DNA from: Nitrospirales bacterium
GTDB taxonomy: Bacteria > Nitrospirota > Nitrospiria > Nitrospirales > UBA2166
Reading direction: 5' to 3'
DNA length: 46,332 bases
Assembly (NCBI GenBank): GCA_012965905.1
Contig: DTRN01000181.1
Coordinates: forward strand, 2,846 to 49,177
Made by a program: the position numbers and the translations under genes
The notes under the pieces: generated by a model
What the model was told of the DNA's origin: nothing
What the model saw: only the letters and a program-made list of their open reading frames with translations
Databases searched by the model: none
Part shown: positions 19,049 through 28,289 of the stretch, piece by piece
Layout of the letters: every line of letters starts with the position of its first letter
How positions within the stretch are numbered: position 1 is the stretch's first letter

Positions 19049-20239
19049 CTATCCGATAGCATCCGCCATGCCGAAAATTGGGAGGTACATGGCAATGACG
19101 ATCGTTCCGATGACAACCCCTAGCACCATCATAAGCATCGGTTCGAGACTTGCGGTGATCGCATCAACAGCCGTATCCACCTCGTCATCGTAGAAATCGG
19201 CTATCTTCATCATCATGGCATCCACGGCCCCGGTTGATTCACCGACGGCGATCATATGGATGACCATGGGCGGAAAGACTCCCTCCTCACTCAGTGGTTC
19301 TGAAATGGTCCTCCCTTCAGCAATGCTCGTTCGTGCTCGCATGATGGCTTCCTCAATAATCAAATTTCCAGAAGTCTTTGAGACGATAATAAGTCCGTCA
19401 AGGATCATCACACCACTTTGGAGCAATGTCCCAAGAGTACGAGTAAACTTGGCGACCGCAGCTTTTTGAATCAAGGGCCCGGCAAGGGGAAGGCTGAGGA
19501 ACACCCGATCCATAACACGTCGCGAGTTTTTCCTCTTATAAAGGAATTTCATCGTTTGCGAAAAAACAATATACGCCACAATTCCCCAATACCATGATGC
19601 TTGCATGAATTCACTGATGCCCATGACCATCTTGGTTAAACCGGGAAGTTCCCCCCCAAGATCTTCAAACGTTTTCGCGAACACCGGAATCACCCATACC
19701 ATCAAGACTGAAATGACGACCACGGCAACGACGACGATGATGGCCGGATAGGTCATCGCACCTTTGAGCTTGGCCTTCAATTTCATGGCCTTTTCCATAA
19801 AGCCGGACAGTCGCCCGAGAATAGTATCGAGGATGCCTCCAGCTTCGCCAGCGAGAACGAGATTCACGTAGAGTTCATCGAAGATATCAGGATGCTTTTT
19901 CAGCGCGTCGGTAAATGTTGAGCCTCCCTCGACGTCATCCTTAATGGTAATTATGATCTGGCCAAGTTGTTTGTTTTCGCACTGTGAACCCAAAATCTCT
20001 AGCGCTTGGACAAGAGGAAGACCCGCATTAATCATGACGGCAAACTGTCGCGTAAAGATAACAAGGTCCTTACCCGTTGGTGCTGGCCCCTTGGCCTTCT
20101 TTTTCTTCTCTTTTACTGAGGCTCCAAGAATGCGTCGTTTCCGTAATTGCGCCACCGCCTCAGCCTGACTGTTGGCAGAAATCTCTCCTTTAGTACTTTG
20201 TCCCCTTGCTGTCTTTCCCGTGTAGGTAAACGTCACCAT
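19049..20239 (-). CDS. pilC: Type IV pilus assembly platform protein PilC (GspF/T2SS-F family)
   Basis: Two T2SF repeats, three TM segments, and the blocks FTRQFAVMINAGLPLVQAL and FTRTLGTLLQSGV. Its TAG stop is followed directly by the ispE ATG. Confidence 0.82.
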   Translation of the reverse strand: MVTFTYTGKTARGQSTKGEISANSQAEAVAQLRKRRILGASVKEKKKKAKGPAPTGKDLVIFTRQFAVMINAGLPLVQALEILGSQCENKQLGQIIITIKDDVEGGSTFTDALKKHPDIFDELYVNLVLAGEAGGILDTILGRLSGFMEKAMKLKAKLKGAMTYPAIIVVVAVVVISVLMVWVIPVFAKTFEDLGGELPGLTKMVMGISEFMQASWYWGIVAYIVFSQTMKFLYKRKNSRRVMDRVFLSLPLAGPLIQKAAVAKFTRTLGTLLQSGVMILDGLIIVSKTSGNLIIEEAIMRARTSIAEGRTISEPLSEEGVFPPMVIHMIAVGESTGAVDAMMMKIADFYDDEVDTAVDAITASLEPMLMMVLGVVIGTIVIAMYLPIFGMADAIG

Positions 20240-20252
20240 ACAATGACATCCA

Positions 20253-20477
20253 CTAGAGGTGGTGATTTATACCTTCAACCGCCTTCAGAAGCGATTCGCG
20301 CATCACATTCATCGGATCGTACTCACCGGTCCAAAGCTCAAAAGCCAAGACTCCCTAATGCACAAGCATGCCTAAAACATTCATAGCCACCGCGCCCACC
20401 TGTTTTGCCTCATTCAGAATCGGGGTGACCGATGGATTATAGAGGAAAAAGCCGCATTCTGCATGACTGGTGATAAG
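20253..20477 (-). pseudogene. aroE: Remnant of shikimate dehydrogenase (aroE), C-terminal about 70 codons with an in-frame TAG
   Basis: The minus-strand translation reads ...[54 protein letters not shown]..., which resembles the AroE C-terminal consensus (Y.P..T.LL..A...G....G..MLV.QG..AFE.WTG). The TAG at 20355-20357 sits where Gln is expected. There is no space for an N-terminal domain before the ATPase gene at 20559. Confidence 0.6.
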
Positions 20478-20558
20478 GAATGCGCGAGGAGATACCCTAG
20501 TATACTGCCAATGCGTGTCATCACGCTAGAATCTTCCTAGTTGGATATCTTAGGCACG

Positions 20559-21230
20559 TCATTGTAATTCATCACCGACGATATGACCATCTGAAAGCGT
20601 CACGACACGATCTGCGCACCGAGATAAGGACGGATCGTGTGTGACGAAAACGAGCGTCGAATCATATTCATCATTGAGGCGAAGCAATAGATCTATGATT
20701 TGAGAACTTGAAGCGGCATCGAGGTTTCCTGTAGGTTCGTCCGCAAGAAGAATGGGCGGACGGTTTGCAAATGCTCTGGCGACCGCGACGCGCTGCTGCT
20801 CTCCGCCTGATAGCTGGGCCGGATAATGTTTGGCTCGATCAGCAAGCCCAACAGCATCCAAAAGTTCCAACGCGCGAGTATCAGCACGCTGGTCATGTTG
20901 GAGGTCGAGCGGAACCGCAATATTTTCCTTGGCGGTTAATGTCGAAATTAAATGGTAGGATTGAAACACATATCCGATGTTCCGTCGTCGAAACTGTGCG
21001 AGGCGCTTTTCGTCTAGCTCCGTAACGCACACACCGTTCATATGCACCTCACCAGAGGAGGGAGAATCAAGTCCGGCTAAAAGACCAAGCAATGTAGATT
21101 TTCCGCTGCCCGATCGTCCCACAATTGCGAGCCGTTGTTTTTCTGGCACTGTGAACGTTACACCGGATAGAATTGAGACGTTGCGGCCACCGCTCGGTAG
21201 CGACATATGAAGCTCTTTGACGTGAATCAT
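20559..21230 (-). CDS. ABC transporter ATP-binding protein, YbbA/LolD-like
   Basis: Walker [10 protein letters not shown], the LSGGEQQR signature, and Walker B LLADEPT. It is divergent from a tesA-like gene, as with E. coli tesA/ybbA. Confidence 0.85.
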   Translation of the reverse strand: MIHVKELHMSLPSGGRNVSILSGVTFTVPEKQRLAIVGRSGSGKSTLLGLLAGLDSPSSGEVHMNGVCVTELDEKRLAQFRRRNIGYVFQSYHLISTLTAKENIAVPLDLQHDQRADTRALELLDAVGLADRAKHYPAQLSGGEQQRVAVARAFANRPPILLADEPTGNLDAASSSQIIDLLLRLNDEYDSTLVFVTHDPSLSRCADRVVTLSDGHIVGDELQ

Positions 21231-21253
21231 TCTGACAGATCACCAGCCCATCG

Positions 21254-22030
21254 ATGCTCGCACGTTACTTAGGACGCCTCAACATCATTTCCTGGTTTGC
21301 ATTCGCCAGCCTGGCGTGCATTATTGGATCTCTAGCGGCATGCGATCAGCAAGCCAGTCTTATTGGGGATCGCAGCACAACAGATTCACCCATTGATGCG
21401 ACACGGTCCGTCGTCGAAACTGAAACGGCCCCGGTGATCGTTGCGTTTGGTGACAGCCTAACAGCTGGCCTCGGAGTGGCCTCTCCCCAAACATACCCCG
21501 CTCAGCTCCAAAACAAAATTAGTCAGGCGGGCTTCAGTCATCGTGTTGTCAACATGGGGGTGAATGGAGAGACAACCGCTGGTGCTCTGCGTCGACTCGA
21601 CCATATCATGGAGTTGCGGCCATCGATCGTCATACTTGAATTCGGAGCGAACGATGGGCTTCGCGGCTTAGCCGTTGACCAAACCCAGGCGAACCTTGCA
21701 CAGATTATTGGGAGATTGCGTGCACGAGACATCATGGTTGTGTTAACGGGAATGAGGCTTCCACCCAATTACGGACCCTCATATACACGATCGTTTGCTC
21801 AAATATTCCCTACCCTTGCAACAATGTATCACATACCATTCATGCCATTTTTCCTACAAGATGTCGCAACCAAACCCGCACTCAACCAACCTGACGGGTT
21901 ACATCCCACAGCGACAGGCTACTCTATAATCGTAGACAACCTATGGCCAATCCTGTTTCCAATCCTTAAACCGGGGGGGGACTCTACCGCGATATTAGGG
22001 GAAAGTAGAACGAAGTGGGATGAGCAGTAA
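21254..22030 (+). CDS. SGNH/GDSL arylesterase/lysophospholipase (TesA-like), probable lipoprotein
   Basis: GDSLTAG block I, GANDG block III, DGLHP block V, and a lipobox-like SLAAC after a hydrophobic leader. Confidence 0.75.
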   Translation: MLARYLGRLNIISWFAFASLACIIGSLAACDQQASLIGDRSTTDSPIDATRSVVETETAPVIVAFGDSLTAGLGVASPQTYPAQLQNKISQAGFSHRVVNMGVNGETTAGALRRLDHIMELRPSIVILEFGANDGLRGLAVDQTQANLAQIIGRLRARDIMVVLTGMRLPPNYGPSYTRSFAQIFPTLATMYHIPFMPFFLQDVATKPALNQPDGLHPTATGYSIIVDNLWPILFPILKPGGDSTAILGESRTKWDEQ

Positions 22031-22043
22031 TTCGATAGGATAT

Positions 22044-22805
22044 CTAGAAGGACCCTGCGGCAGCATCTGGTCCTACATACCACCCAATACCATAATCGGT
22101 CAGTATGCGAGTCATTTGTGAGAATGAATTTGTATAAATCATCACGCCTACCAGCACCAAAAACACGCCGCTGGTGGCTGAAACCGCCCACATATACGCC
22201 CGCACTTTCTTGAAGTAATTCAAGAACGAATCTACGCCTAATGCCGTCACAAAAAGAGGAATGCCTAACCCTAAGGAATACACTCCAAGAAGTTGAACTC
22301 CAGCCATCATCGAGTCGGATGTCGCGGCAAGAGCCAAGATCGAACCAAGAATTGGCCCAACACATGGCGTCCACGCAGCACCGAAGACCATCCCAATCAG
22401 GACAGACCCAACATATCCGGCCGGCCGTGTGGGAAGCTGAATCCGTTTTTCCATCGCGAGAAATTTCAGCTTAAATACTCCCATCACATACAGACCAAAT
22501 ATGATGATCAGAACCCCCCCGATCTTTTGAAGGTAATCATGATAGGAAAACAACAGCTGACCGGCAAAACTGGCCGAGGCACCAAAGGCCATAAAAACGA
22601 ATGAAAATCCGCCAATAAAAAGAAGCGAATTCATCATGATCGTACCCCGTAACTTCCGGCGATCATCCTCACTGGTGAGCTGATCGAGAGAGAGACCCGT
22701 GATATAGCTCAAATAGGAAGGAACTAACGGCAACACGCAGGGCGAGATAAAGGAAAGAAACCCTGCAACAAACGCGATGGTGAAGGATACTTCCGGCTCA
22801 AACAT
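22044..22805 (-). CDS. ccdA: Cytochrome c biogenesis thiol-reductant transporter CcdA (DsbD_2 family)
   Basis: Six-TM protein with the SPCVLPLVP and AWTPCVGPILG Cys motifs. Confidence 0.8.
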   Translation of the reverse strand: MFEPEVSFTIAFVAGFLSFISPCVLPLVPSYLSYITGLSLDQLTSEDDRRKLRGTIMMNSLLFIGGFSFVFMAFGASASFAGQLLFSYHDYLQKIGGVLIIIFGLYVMGVFKLKFLAMEKRIQLPTRPAGYVGSVLIGMVFGAAWTPCVGPILGSILALAATSDSMMAGVQLLGVYSLGLGIPLFVTALGVDSFLNYFKKVRAYMWAVSATSGVFLVLVGVMIYTNSFSQMTRILTDYGIGWYVGPDAAAGSF

Positions 22806-22820
22806 CGGGCGAATTGCTCT

Positions 22821-23384
22821 CTAGGCTGTATCGAGGAGCTGACGAATCATCGTACGAGCTTTTTCACTATACCAATCTCTCGCACCAGGGACACGCTTAG
22901 CAATCACTCCATCTTTGCCAATCAAAACTGACGCTGGAATCGAGCGAATGTGGTAGGCGGCATTCACCTCGTGACGAAGGTCATGAAGGATGGGGAAGCT
23001 TAACCCAAATTGCTCTTTGTATGGCTTCGTAACCCGCTGCCCCTGGAGGTCAATTGACACGGCGAGAATCTCAAATCCCTCATCGTGAAATTCACGATAG
23101 AGTTGCTCCATCGACGGCATCTCGACGGTACATGGTCCACACCATGTGGCCCAAAAGTTGAGGAGGACGACCTGACCTCTGAAATCCGGTAAGGTGACTG
23201 CATCGCCGTGTAAGTCCGGCAGGCTGAATGTCGGAGCACGAAAACCGACACGAGGGCTTTCCGGTGTTGATGCAGCAATTGAGCGTTGTTCTTTTGCTTC
23301 AACAGTCGTGCTCGTGATCTGATCACACGACATGCCCGCGAGGCCAAACAACAGCAGACTTAAAGGCAGGAACCAATGCATCAT
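22821..23384 (-). CDS. TlpA/ResA-like periplasmic thiol:disulfide oxidoreductase (copy 1)
   Basis: Signal peptide, thioredoxin fold, and WATWCGPC active site. Confidence 0.78.
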   Translation of the reverse strand: MMHWFLPLSLLLFGLAGMSCDQITSTTVEAKEQRSIAASTPESPRVGFRAPTFSLPDLHGDAVTLPDFRGQVVLLNFWATWCGPCTVEMPSMEQLYREFHDEGFEILAVSIDLQGQRVTKPYKEQFGLSFPILHDLRHEVNAAYHIRSIPASVLIGKDGVIAKRVPGARDWYSEKARTMIRQLLDTA

Positions 23385-24043
23385 CCGTCGTACGTCGAAT
23401 CCCCACCCACAGACGGTGCAGGAGTATTCTTCAAAAGATCAATCATGCCTTGAACATTCTGCGCGACATTCCAGTCTCGCGGTCCAATGATTTTTTCAAC
23501 CAACACACCCGTTTGATCGATAATATATGTCTCTGGAACCCCCATGATTTTGTAAATTCGGTCGACCTTACCCCACCGATCATGCAGCACGGGAAATGTC
23601 AGCTTATGTTTCGCCATAAACGCTGGAATATCATCGGCCGACTTGTCGATGCTCACCGCCAACATGACAAAGCCATCTGAAAACTCAGCTTCTAAATCTT
23701 GGTGGAGCTGTTCCATCGAGGGCATTTCCTCCTGACATGGTTTACACCAGGTTGCCCAGAAATTCAGAAACACGACTTGCCCGTGATAATCTGAAAGTTT
23801 TCTTGTCTCCCCATTCAAATCGTTCAATACAAAATCAGGTGCCAGCTTCCCGAGCAGCACAGGTTCGTACTTTGCGCCTTGCATAAACACAAGACCAAAC
23901 GCAAGACCGCAGATGACGACAAACCCTATGATGACAGGTAAGCGCGAAGCGATGGTGACCGGTGGAGTCGGGTCACCACTGACGTCGACAGAGTTGGTTC
24001 CATCACCGTCAACTTCTAACTCATTGGCGTTAGGCGTAGGCAT
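23381..24043 (-). CDS. TlpA/ResA-like membrane-anchored thiol:disulfide oxidoreductase (copy 2)
   Basis: N-terminal TM anchor and WATWCKPC active site. It is a paralog of the adjacent gene (shared EEMPSMEQL...LAVSID blocks) and overlaps it by 4 nt. Confidence 0.78.
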   Translation of the reverse strand: MPTPNANELEVDGDGTNSVDVSGDPTPPVTIASRLPVIIGFVVICGLAFGLVFMQGAKYEPVLLGKLAPDFVLNDLNGETRKLSDYHGQVVFLNFWATWCKPCQEEMPSMEQLHQDLEAEFSDGFVMLAVSIDKSADDIPAFMAKHKLTFPVLHDRWGKVDRIYKIMGVPETYIIDQTGVLVEKIIGPRDWNVAQNVQGMIDLLKNTPAPSVGGDSTYDG

Positions 24044-24932
24044 GGAGACCGGAAAGTAGGAAGTTCACTCCCCAAAAACAAAAGATGACCATCAGGAATC
24101 CAAAAATCGCATAGATGGCCGCGCGGTGCCCTCCCCATCCACGCGTCATGCGCGCATGAATGTAGGCACCATAAATAAACCAAACAATAAGGGACCACGT
24201 CTCTTTCGGATCCCAACTCCAATACCCTCCCCAAGCGTAGTTGGCCCACATCGCTCCCAAAATAACCCCAAAGGCGAGTAAGGGAAATCCAATCGTAATC
24301 GCTTTGTATCCAAGTTCGTCGATGGTCTCGAGACTTGGAAACGCCGTCGTCACAGACGACTGTAGCCCCTTTCGCTCTGCACGCTCCTTCAGGAGATACA
24401 TCACCCCCAAACCGCCGGCCATCGCAAAGGCCGCATAGCTAGTAAGGGTGACCGAAACATGAATATAAATCCAATAACTGTTCAACGCGGGAACAAGGGG
24501 TTCCGCCGTTTGATAGCGGTAGGGCAGCAAAGACGCTGCACCGATCGCAAGAAAGGCGATAGAAACGACAAATGCCCCGATGGCCTTGATACCATATGTG
24601 AACTCGAGCAGAAGGTATCCCACAATAATCGCCCATGCCACAAACGCCATCGCCTCGAATTGATTCGACCATGGCGCGAATGCTCCCGTGAGCTGATAGC
24701 GTTCATAGGCTCGTGTGCTCAGAGCCGCCGTATTCACGAATAGGCCGACGACAGTGATCAGTGTTGCAAGTTGGCCAACGGGCGCAGACCAATCCGACGT
24801 CGAAAGCTGCCCCGGTCCCGCAGCCGCTAGCTGTAGTCCAGTACGCCCGAGCGCAACAAACCCAATGTACAATGCAACGGCAGCAAGATATAACCAGAAG
24901 GTCAAATCAAAAAGGAATAGTGACGTAAACAT
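24030..24932 (-). CDS. ccsA: Cytochrome c biogenesis protein CcsA/ResC (System II heme handling)
   Basis: WWD (Trp-rich) motif WGGYWSWDPKETWS in a polytopic membrane protein, located next to resB. Confidence 0.88.
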   Translation of the reverse strand: MFTSLFLFDLTFWLYLAAVALYIGFVALGRTGLQLAAAGPGQLSTSDWSAPVGQLATLITVVGLFVNTAALSTRAYERYQLTGAFAPWSNQFEAMAFVAWAIIVGYLLLEFTYGIKAIGAFVVSIAFLAIGAASLLPYRYQTAEPLVPALNSYWIYIHVSVTLTSYAAFAMAGGLGVMYLLKERAERKGLQSSVTTAFPSLETIDELGYKAITIGFPLLAFGVILGAMWANYAWGGYWSWDPKETWSLIVWFIYGAYIHARMTRGWGGHRAAIYAIFGFLMVIFCFWGVNFLLSGLHAYA

Positions 24933-24972
24933 TCTGCCCTCCTCATTCCTAAGAACACATTATCCTCGTTTC

Positions 24973-26406
24973 TCATGCCATGCCCTTTATCCGCTCAGTG
25001 AATGCTGAAAACTCTCGCGTAAAATCAATGTTCCCTTTATGGGTGTTGCCTCCAAAATGGAGGACAGTCTTCGTTCCCTGTGGCTGAATATTCACCCATA
25101 GCCGCCGATGAAAGATAGACGATGAAAGTGCCATCCCAACGACAATCATCAGGCACCCGGTCCAGACAATCGTGATACCGGGATTGCGGCCCATCTGAAG
25201 ACCGGTATATTTTGATGGTAAGTAGCCGGCAATTTCGAACGCATATTTTGATTCTGGAATATCGATAATCCCTGGGAAGTCAACAAATAGCCAAGGATTG
25301 AACCTGTGGTCGCCCTCTGCAATGGTAAGTTGCACCGCAGGGTTCTTGTGTTCACTCGTCTTGGAAGAGACCTGTTTCGTTTTCGAATCAAAGGAAAAGT
25401 CAGCGGCAAACCCAGTCACATTGAGCGTCAATCCAAGCTCGGGAACCTCCATTGGGGTACCCCACTCCAGCATAACATCACTCACAACCTGATCAGACCC
25501 TTTATCGGCAATTAATATCCTGGCGCTATCGATCCTATCCCAATGATCCCCATACGACGATTGGTACAACCATATGCCGTTATACACAAGAGGATTATTG
25601 ACGAAAATCGTCTTTGTCAATTTTTCTTGCCCATCATCAATCACGGTCAATGTACTATTATATGATTTTACCGCACCATTCTCATAATAATCCATCCAGA
25701 ATTTCTCAACCTTCAAGCTGAAATCTCCTTGAGGAATATAGTAGGTCTCGCCTGGAAGCCCAATTCCAAAGTCCTGAAAACCCGTGACGGTTCCGATCAA
25801 TCCGCCCAACACAATGACGGCGGCACTGACATGTGCAACATGCGCACCAACACGGCCCATAATGCCCTTTGTAGCAAAGACGGAAATGCCGTTGTCGGTA
25901 CGTTTAGCAGAAACCCTATATCCTTTCCCGCCAAGAATATCAATCATCTGCTCGGCCACGTGCCCACTCTCACGATCGAGTGGGATTTCCGCATGCTGCT
26001 TCAACCCAGCAATGAACGTTGGAGAGACATTAATTTGACTCTGTCGCATGGACCGCCAAATTCCTGGAAATCGTTTGTAAAAGCAGGTCAGCGAGTTCAC
26101 GATTAATAGACCAAGAACGGCCCGAAACCACGTCTGGTTATAGACATCTGTAAACCCGAACGTCTGAAACCATTGAAAGAGTGGTTCACCATATTCTTTG
26201 ATATAGAAGTCGGAGGACTCACCTTGTTGGATCACAGTTCCGATCGCGGAAAGAATGGCAAGAGCGATGAAGAGAGAGATCGCGAGCTTGAGAGAACTCA
26301 GCACATCCACAACCTTGCCGGGCAGTCCGGACCAGTCAAACCGGTTCCACCCGACCAGTTCAGCAGATTTTTTACTCAGGGGGTCTTCAGCGATCGAATC
26401 CGCCAA
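24973..26406 (-). CDS. resB: Cytochrome c biogenesis protein ResB/Ccs1
   Basis: The N-terminal block LSSLKLAISLFIALAILSAIGTVIQQGE, a large periplasmic domain and a C-terminal TM segment are typical of ResB. It lies upstream of ccsA. Confidence 0.8.
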   Translation of the reverse strand: MADSIAEDPLSKKSAELVGWNRFDWSGLPGKVVDVLSSLKLAISLFIALAILSAIGTVIQQGESSDFYIKEYGEPLFQWFQTFGFTDVYNQTWFRAVLGLLIVNSLTCFYKRFPGIWRSMRQSQINVSPTFIAGLKQHAEIPLDRESGHVAEQMIDILGGKGYRVSAKRTDNGISVFATKGIMGRVGAHVAHVSAAVIVLGGLIGTVTGFQDFGIGLPGETYYIPQGDFSLKVEKFWMDYYENGAVKSYNSTLTVIDDGQEKLTKTIFVNNPLVYNGIWLYQSSYGDHWDRIDSARILIADKGSDQVVSDVMLEWGTPMEVPELGLTLNVTGFAADFSFDSKTKQVSSKTSEHKNPAVQLTIAEGDHRFNPWLFVDFPGIIDIPESKYAFEIAGYLPSKYTGLQMGRNPGITIVWTGCLMIVVGMALSSSIFHRRLWVNIQPQGTKTVLHFGGNTHKGNIDFTREFSAFTERIKGMA

Positions 26407-26510
26407 GGCCTTCTTCCTCTAACCATGTGTTATTAGGCGTAAAAGTGAGGACTATGACAAGAAAACACTTACATAAATGATCAGTGATCTTACCGAACGA
26501 GAAAGATGGG

Positions 26511-26542
26511 TGTCAAGGAAGCAACTCACACATTCCTTGACA
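26511..26542. repeat. Perfect 10-bp inverted repeat (TGTCAAGGAA, 12 nt, TTCCTTGACA) in the resB/metK divergent region
   Basis: Read directly from the sequence: arms at 26511-26520 and 26533-26542. Each arm holds a TTGACA hexamer pointing outwards, one towards resB and one towards metK. Confidence 0.9.
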
Positions 26543-26639
26543 GAAACTTGTTGATCTGCGATACCTTTTGCGCTGTCATTATCGATGATCATTGCATTCA
26601 CGCGAACGCCTTTTACTCTCCCCAAAGGAGCTATTTGCT

Positions 26640-27788
26640 ATGGGTGAATCCTTTCTTTTTACGTCTGAATCCGTGACCGAAGGGCACCCTGATAAAGTAT
26701 CAGATCAGATTTCAGACGCAATTCTTGACGCGATCATAGCTCAGGACCCAATGTGTCGGGTTGCCTGTGAGACCCTTGTCACCACCGGGCTCGCATTTGT
26801 TGCAGGTGAAATTACCACAGCCAGCTATGTCGAAGTACCTGATATCGTTCGAGAAACGATCAAGGGCATCGGCTACACCAAAGCAGAGTATGGCTTTGAC
26901 TACGAAACCTGTGCGGTGTTGACTTCAATCCATAGTCAATCGCCAGATATCTCCCAGGGCGTGGATACTGGCGGGGCTGGGGATCAGGGACTCATGTTTG
27001 GCTACGCCACCGATGAGACTGAAGAACTCATGCCCATGCCGATCATTCTTGCCCATCGAATCACTCGCAGGCTTAGCGAGGCCCGAAAACAAAACCTTCT
27101 ACCGTACCTGCGCCCAGATGGCAAAGCTCAAGTGACAGTAGAGTATCGTGAGGGAAAACCCATAAGAATTGCCACCATTGTTGTCTCCACCCAACATAGC
27201 CCCGAGGTCACTCTCAAAGAAATTCAAGAGGATATCATCGAGCAAGTGATTCATCCCGTCATGCCTCAGGAGCTACTCAAGGAAGACACCGTCGCGTACC
27301 ACATTAATCCCACCGGACGTTTTGTCGTCGGAGGCCCGATGGGTGACACTGGGCTTACCGGACGCAAGATCATTGTGGATACGTACGGCGGGGTTGGCAG
27401 CCACGGCGGTGGCGCGTTTTCTGGAAAAGACCCCAGTAAGGTCGATCGATCAGCGTCATATATGGTGCGCTATATCGCAAAGAACATCGTCGCTGCAGGC
27501 CTGGCGTCGCGATGTGAGATCCAAGTCGCATATGCCATCGGGGTCGCCGAACCAGTATCAGTCCTCGCGAACACCCACAACACAGAAACGGTCCCGGTCG
27601 ACAAGCTGATCAAGGCTGTTCGAACCGTGTTCCCTCTCACCCCAAATGAAATGATCGACCATCTCAAGTTGCGGCGGCCAATTTATAAAAAGACGGCCGC
27701 GTACGGGCACTTTGGACGAAACGAAGCGGGGTTCACCTGGGAGGACACAAACATGGTTGAACCGTTGCGACGAGAATTAGGGATGTAA
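26640..27788 (+). CDS. metK: S-adenosylmethionine synthase
   Basis: [35 protein letters not shown] and [16 protein letters not shown]. The ATG at 26640 is preceded by AAAGGAG. The ORF-track start at 26592 adds 16 non-homologous residues. Confidence 0.95.
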   Translation: MGESFLFTSESVTEGHPDKVSDQISDAILDAIIAQDPMCRVACETLVTTGLAFVAGEITTASYVEVPDIVRETIKGIGYTKAEYGFDYETCAVLTSIHSQSPDISQGVDTGGAGDQGLMFGYATDETEELMPMPIILAHRITRRLSEARKQNLLPYLRPDGKAQVTVEYREGKPIRIATIVVSTQHSPEVTLKEIQEDIIEQVIHPVMPQELLKEDTVAYHINPTGRFVVGGPMGDTGLTGRKIIVDTYGGVGSHGGGAFSGKDPSKVDRSASYMVRYIAKNIVAAGLASRCEIQVAYAIGVAEPVSVLANTHNTETVPVDKLIKAVRTVFPLTPNEMIDHLKLRRPIYKKTAAYGHFGRNEAGFTWEDTNMVEPLRRELGM

Positions 27789-27799
27789 CGAGCCGGAGG

Positions 27800-28243
27800 C
27801 TACTGACTAGCCGTGGCAGGAAACTGTTCGTGTTGTTGTAGGAGTTCCTCCTCGATGGGGAGGTCTTCATGCCCGTTTGACGCGGGCATCATGTCACATG
27901 TACCGCTAATGATGACCCCTTCCTCGACAGATAGAAGCGGAGTCTGAACGCTTCCCATCAATGCACAGGGAGCCAATAGTTTTACACTCTCTCGAGCAAT
28001 CACATCTCCCGTAATATTTCCAGCACTCACGAGGGTTTGAGCAGTAACATCCCCCTTAATGACGGCGTGTTTCCCGATAATCAACGTCCCCTTCACATGC
28101 ACTGCACCATCGATTATTCCATCAACGCGGGTTGGCCCATCGACATGGAGACTTCCCTTGAGTTCCGCTCCCTTTCCCAGGAACGTCAAAAGCTCCTCGT
28201 CTTCTGATCCTTCTAGCACTGACTTTCTCCCAAAGCTCCACAT
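27800..28243 (-). CDS. Bactofilin (DUF583) cytoskeletal protein
   Basis: Shows the repetitive beta-helix pattern (KGSLHVDGPTRVDGIIDGAVHVKGTLIIGKHAVIKGDVTAQTLVSAGNITGDV) typical of bactofilins. Confidence 0.8.
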   Translation of the reverse strand: MWSFGRKSVLEGSEDEELLTFLGKGAELKGSLHVDGPTRVDGIIDGAVHVKGTLIIGKHAVIKGDVTAQTLVSAGNITGDVIARESVKLLAPCALMGSVQTPLLSVEEGVIISGTCDMMPASNGHEDLPIEEELLQQHEQFPATASQ

Positions 28244-28289
28244 ACAAAGTCTTCTACAGAAGAATGAGGTTCAATACCATAACCTGTTA

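Noticed and set aside
21973-21980. G8 homopolymer near the 3' end of the tesA-like gene, as a slipped-strand switch
   Set aside because: It lies after the last catalytic block (DGLHP), so a frameshift would change only about 20 C-terminal residues. No alternative long frame is unlocked.
26407-26639. Possible SAM riboswitch or S-box leader upstream of metK
   Set aside because: I could not find the conserved SAM-I/II/IV core sequences or a terminator/antiterminator pair. Only a 10-bp inverted repeat is present. A covariance-model scan is still needed to exclude one formally.
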